A stretch of DNA of 64,000 bases, from NCBI GenBank assembly GCA_965228855.1, contig CBDDIJ010000005.1, forward strand, positions 1,024,001 to 1,088,000, in the 5' to 3' direction. Positions 61,284 through 64,000 of this stretch are shown here, one piece after another. How positions within the stretch are numbered: the first letter of the stretch is position 1; every line of letters starts with the position of its first letter. The notes under the pieces were generated by a model. It saw only the letters and a list, made by a program, of their open reading frames with translations, did not search any database and was not told where the DNA came from. Origin of the DNA: Candidatus Obscuribacterales bacterium (GTDB lineage Bacteria; Cyanobacteriota; Vampirovibrionia; Obscuribacterales; Obscuribacteraceae). The position numbers were made by a program, and so were the translations under genes.

Positions 61284-62894
61284 ATGTCTGTCGTCGTTGA
61301 TGGGTTTATACGAATGTTGCAAGCGCTTCTCGCACCCGTTCAGTCAGAAGACAAGAAAAGGATTTTAAACGCGATAGAACTGCTCGGACCAAGGGTCACC
61401 CCCGAACTTATTGCGCTGGAAACGGGAATGCCGCTCCTCACTGCCGTCAGGCAACTAAACCTGGTGGCAGCTGAAACACAGGCGCATCTGGAGGTCGACT
61501 CAAGCGGGAGAATTTGTTATCGCTTCGCTCCAAATTTCGCAAGCAGCTACGTTTTCGATCTAACTAAAAATCTGTTTTATTCGCAAGGCAAGTTCACCGT
61601 AAAGCTGTTCAAGCTCGGTATTCGTATGATTGTTGGCTTGACGATCATAGTAGCTCGAATCGCATTCAGCCTTCTGTGGTTTCTCTTCCGCATATCGTTC
61701 GGCGTCATTCTGATTGGTTCGATTCTCATGGTTATCTTCGGACTATTCGCCCTGCTTTCGAATAGCGACGGCGATGCGCTCGGAGGACTAGGCGATCTGG
61801 GCGGTGCAGGCGCAGAAGCCGGCAGCACCGCTGGTGGTGCCTTGCTCGAGAGTAGCGCAAGTTGGGGACCCAATCTTGGCGAGTGCTTCCTGGATCTGCT
61901 CCGCTGTTTCGAGTTTACAACCTATTTAAACTGGTGGTCGCCTTATCACAGCGGGTATTTTTATGACGATTCATGGAACAGTCACAGCTATTCGCGACCC
62001 AGTCAGGGGCAGCCAGCCGGCGCCCTCGTTGTGGCCGCGGTAAACTCAAAGCAAACGACGGAAACGAAGAGCACCGACTTTTTCATGGATTTCTTCTCCT
62101 TTATTTTCGGAGATGGAGATCCGAATCTGAATTTGGAAGACAAGCAGTGGCAGTACGTCGGTCGAGTCATTGAAAAAAACAACGGTGTTGTCGTAGCCGA
62201 GCAAGTTGCTCCTTACATGAGCAAGTTAGGCGGCAAGGACGAAGACTGGATGCTGAGCGTTTTAGTACACTTCAACGGTGCTCCGGATGTTTCCGACACC
62301 GGCAACATCATCTATGTGTTCCCATCATTCGTGAAGGAGCTGCTCCCGACACCCGACTCGTCGAACAAAGCACAACAAGATTCCGACCAATTACGAAACT
62401 TGTACCATAGCCACATCAGACGCCAGACGGTGACGGCGATCCATGAGAAGGCATATTTGCCGCAGTATTTGATGGAGAGGAGTCTGGTTTTCAGTCTTGC
62501 CGAATCCCACGCGACCTACTTAAATACCTTTCTGGTCGCCTTGAATCTGGTCGGCAGTATCTGGTTTTTCGGTGCAACCGGCAGCATGCGGCTTCTTCAG
62601 AGCTTCCACGGACTATCGCTATTTATGCTCGTATTCGCAGTTATCATTTCGGTCCTTCCAGCACTACGCGCAGTGGCACTTATTTTTATAAATTCTAGAA
62701 TCGATAAGCGAAACTGTTTGAGAATGAAGCTGGGAAATATTGTTTCAAAACCAGATGAATTACTCAGAGCGAAACTGGCTGAAGCGGAGCAGGCATGCGA
62801 AACGTTAGCGCTGGAGCTGCATTCCGAGGTCATCTACCAGACGGACGGTGACTATGTCGACCAAGAATTTGCAAATTTGAGTACGCGACACTAG
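61284..62894 (+). CDS. Membrane protein of the cyanobacterial/chloroplast At5g03900-like family
   Basis: HLEVDSSGRICYRF, FSFIFGDGDPN, GVVVAEQVAPY, EDWMLSVLVHFNGAPDVSDTGNIIYVFP. Confidence 0.7.
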   Translation: MSVVVDGFIRMLQALLAPVQSEDKKRILNAIELLGPRVTPELIALETGMPLLTAVRQLNLVAAETQAHLEVDSSGRICYRFAPNFASSYVFDLTKNLFYSQGKFTVKLFKLGIRMIVGLTIIVARIAFSLLWFLFRISFGVILIGSILMVIFGLFALLSNSDGDALGGLGDLGGAGAEAGSTAGGALLESSASWGPNLGECFLDLLRCFEFTTYLNWWSPYHSGYFYDDSWNSHSYSRPSQGQPAGALVVAAVNSKQTTETKSTDFFMDFFSFIFGDGDPNLNLEDKQWQYVGRVIEKNNGVVVAEQVAPYMSKLGGKDEDWMLSVLVHFNGAPDVSDTGNIIYVFPSFVKELLPTPDSSNKAQQDSDQLRNLYHSHIRRQTVTAIHEKAYLPQYLMERSLVFSLAESHATYLNTFLVALNLVGSIWFFGATGSMRLLQSFHGLSLFMLVFAVIISVLPALRAVALIFINSRIDKRNCLRMKLGNIVSKPDELLRAKLAEAEQACETLALELHSEVIYQTDGDYVDQEFANLSTRH

Positions 62895-64000
62895 CGATTG
62901 CGAGGTAGAACTTCGCCCTCGATCTTTGTCTCGGTTCGAGTTCCCCCGCCACCAGGAGCGGAGCGCCTGGACTTAGCGGAGTTAAGTTGTGCGCTTGTTG
63001 AGCCGAGTTGTGCAGAAGTACTGGTCTCATCGGTAATCGCAGGCAAAATTCGCGCCTGGGCGTCCAAGGATTTAACTGCAGGTTTGGCGCTCGAATAATT
63101 TCGGATGTAGAGATTAGTGCCTATCGGATTCAACTTCACGGTTCTCCCTTTATAATCCCGATCGTTGTTAACCAACTGCTCTTCTAATTCTTGAGCTTGA
63201 CGTTGAAGTCCTTCCGCTTTATCACGAGCTTCACGCTCTTTCCATGCGGCTTTAGCCTCGCCAAGCCGGCGCAAACTCTCGGCGTTTTGAGCGGCGCGAT
63301 TTCGCAAGGTAGCGAGTTCTGCTCCGCTAAGACCTTGTTGATCTCCGCGACTGCCACCATTATTAATAAGACGCTCGACTCTTTCTCGTTCAGACTTCCC
63401 TTGCACTTCGGCTTTGTGCTTTTCGCCGTCGGCCTCGGCTCTTCCAGTCTGAATGGCTCTTTCACGAGCCTTGGCAGTCTGCGCGCGAATAAGCTCCAGC
63501 GTTCCTGGGGGTAGATTACTTGGTGAAGACTTAGTTTCAACTCTGTTTGATTCCGAGTCCGAATTATCCATCACATCGGCTTCATCGCTCTGGTTATCAG
63601 ATAGAGAACGATCGGTAGAACCGGCCCTGGATAGCTGCGAGGTTTCTATCTGTTTAATCGCTTTGCGAGCTTGATCCGCAAACGGAGTTTTAGGTCCGAG
63701 ATGGACGACGAGTTCATATTCATGTGACGCTTCGGGCAATCGTTTCAAGGCGAGTAAACAATTTGCCCGTAAGTAGCGAGCAAAAATATTTTGAGAGTCG
63801 TGATGCAGTATCGCTTCCAGAATTTTCTTTGATGCGCTGTAATTGCCAGCTCTATAAAGTTTCAGCACGGCATCCAGGTTATTGACGGGAGCTTGCGCCG
63901 CTGCTGGAGCCGTCCCGGATGCGGGTTCGGCAACGATCGGCGCAGCCAACGAGGGCGGTACGAACGCACCACTACACAATGAAAGAAAGACGATAGTCTG
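62891..64000 (-). CDS. Secreted TPR/coiled-coil protein; start at or beyond the window end
   Basis: Signal-peptide remnant, TPR (ARYLRANCLLAL), coiled coil, KLNPIGTNLYIRNY. Confidence 0.7.
   Translation of the reverse strand, partial: QTIVFLSLCSGAFVPPSLAAPIVAEPASGTAPAAAQAPVNNLDAVLKLYRAGNYSASKKILEAILHHDSQNIFARYLRANCLLALKRLPEASHEYELVVHLGPKTPFADQARKAIKQIETSQLSRAGSTDRSLSDNQSDEADVMDNSDSESNRVETKSSPSNLPPGTLELIRAQTAKARERAIQTGRAEADGEKHKAEVQGKSERERVERLINNGGSRGDQQGLSGAELATLRNRAAQNAESLRRLGEAKAAWKEREARDKAEGLQRQAQELEEQLVNNDRDYKGRTVKLNPIGTNLYIRNYSSAKPAVKSLDAQARILPAITDETSTSAQLGSTSAQLNSAKSRRSAPGGGGTRTETKIEGEVLPRNR

Overview
Gene-dense bacterial chromosomal window (about 50% GC by eye). Gene content suggests a non-photosynthetic Cyanobacteriota relative such as Melainabacteria/Obscuribacterales: three membrane Ser/Thr kinases, an At5g03900-like protein and many lineage-specific secreted proteins. 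This taxonomy is inference. Housekeeping content: a GldA/GldF-G/DUF4340 ABC operon, split methylmalonyl-CoA mutase, cystathionine beta-synthase plus gamma-lyase, metH, PstS, redoxins, and a tRNA-Ile/tRNA-Ala/23S/5S locus with no 16S in front of it. Highlights: (1) two genes that the ORF track splits at an in-frame TGA, each followed by a bacterial SECIS-like hairpin with a CGUG-starting loop. One is a TlpA-type lipoprotein with a UxxC motif (54428-55378). The other is a secreted thioredoxin-fold protein resembling the selenoprotein N active-site region (28016-29092). Both are probable unannotated selenoproteins. (2) A DUF692 (MNIO) locus whose most obvious Cys-rich substrate is the (GGGC)n tail of a TIGR04222 membrane protein, preceded by a small ORF, a terminator and an operator-like palindrome. 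(3) An apparently self-promoted 23S-5S unit unlinked from 16S. No database searches were run; all calls come from motif recognition.
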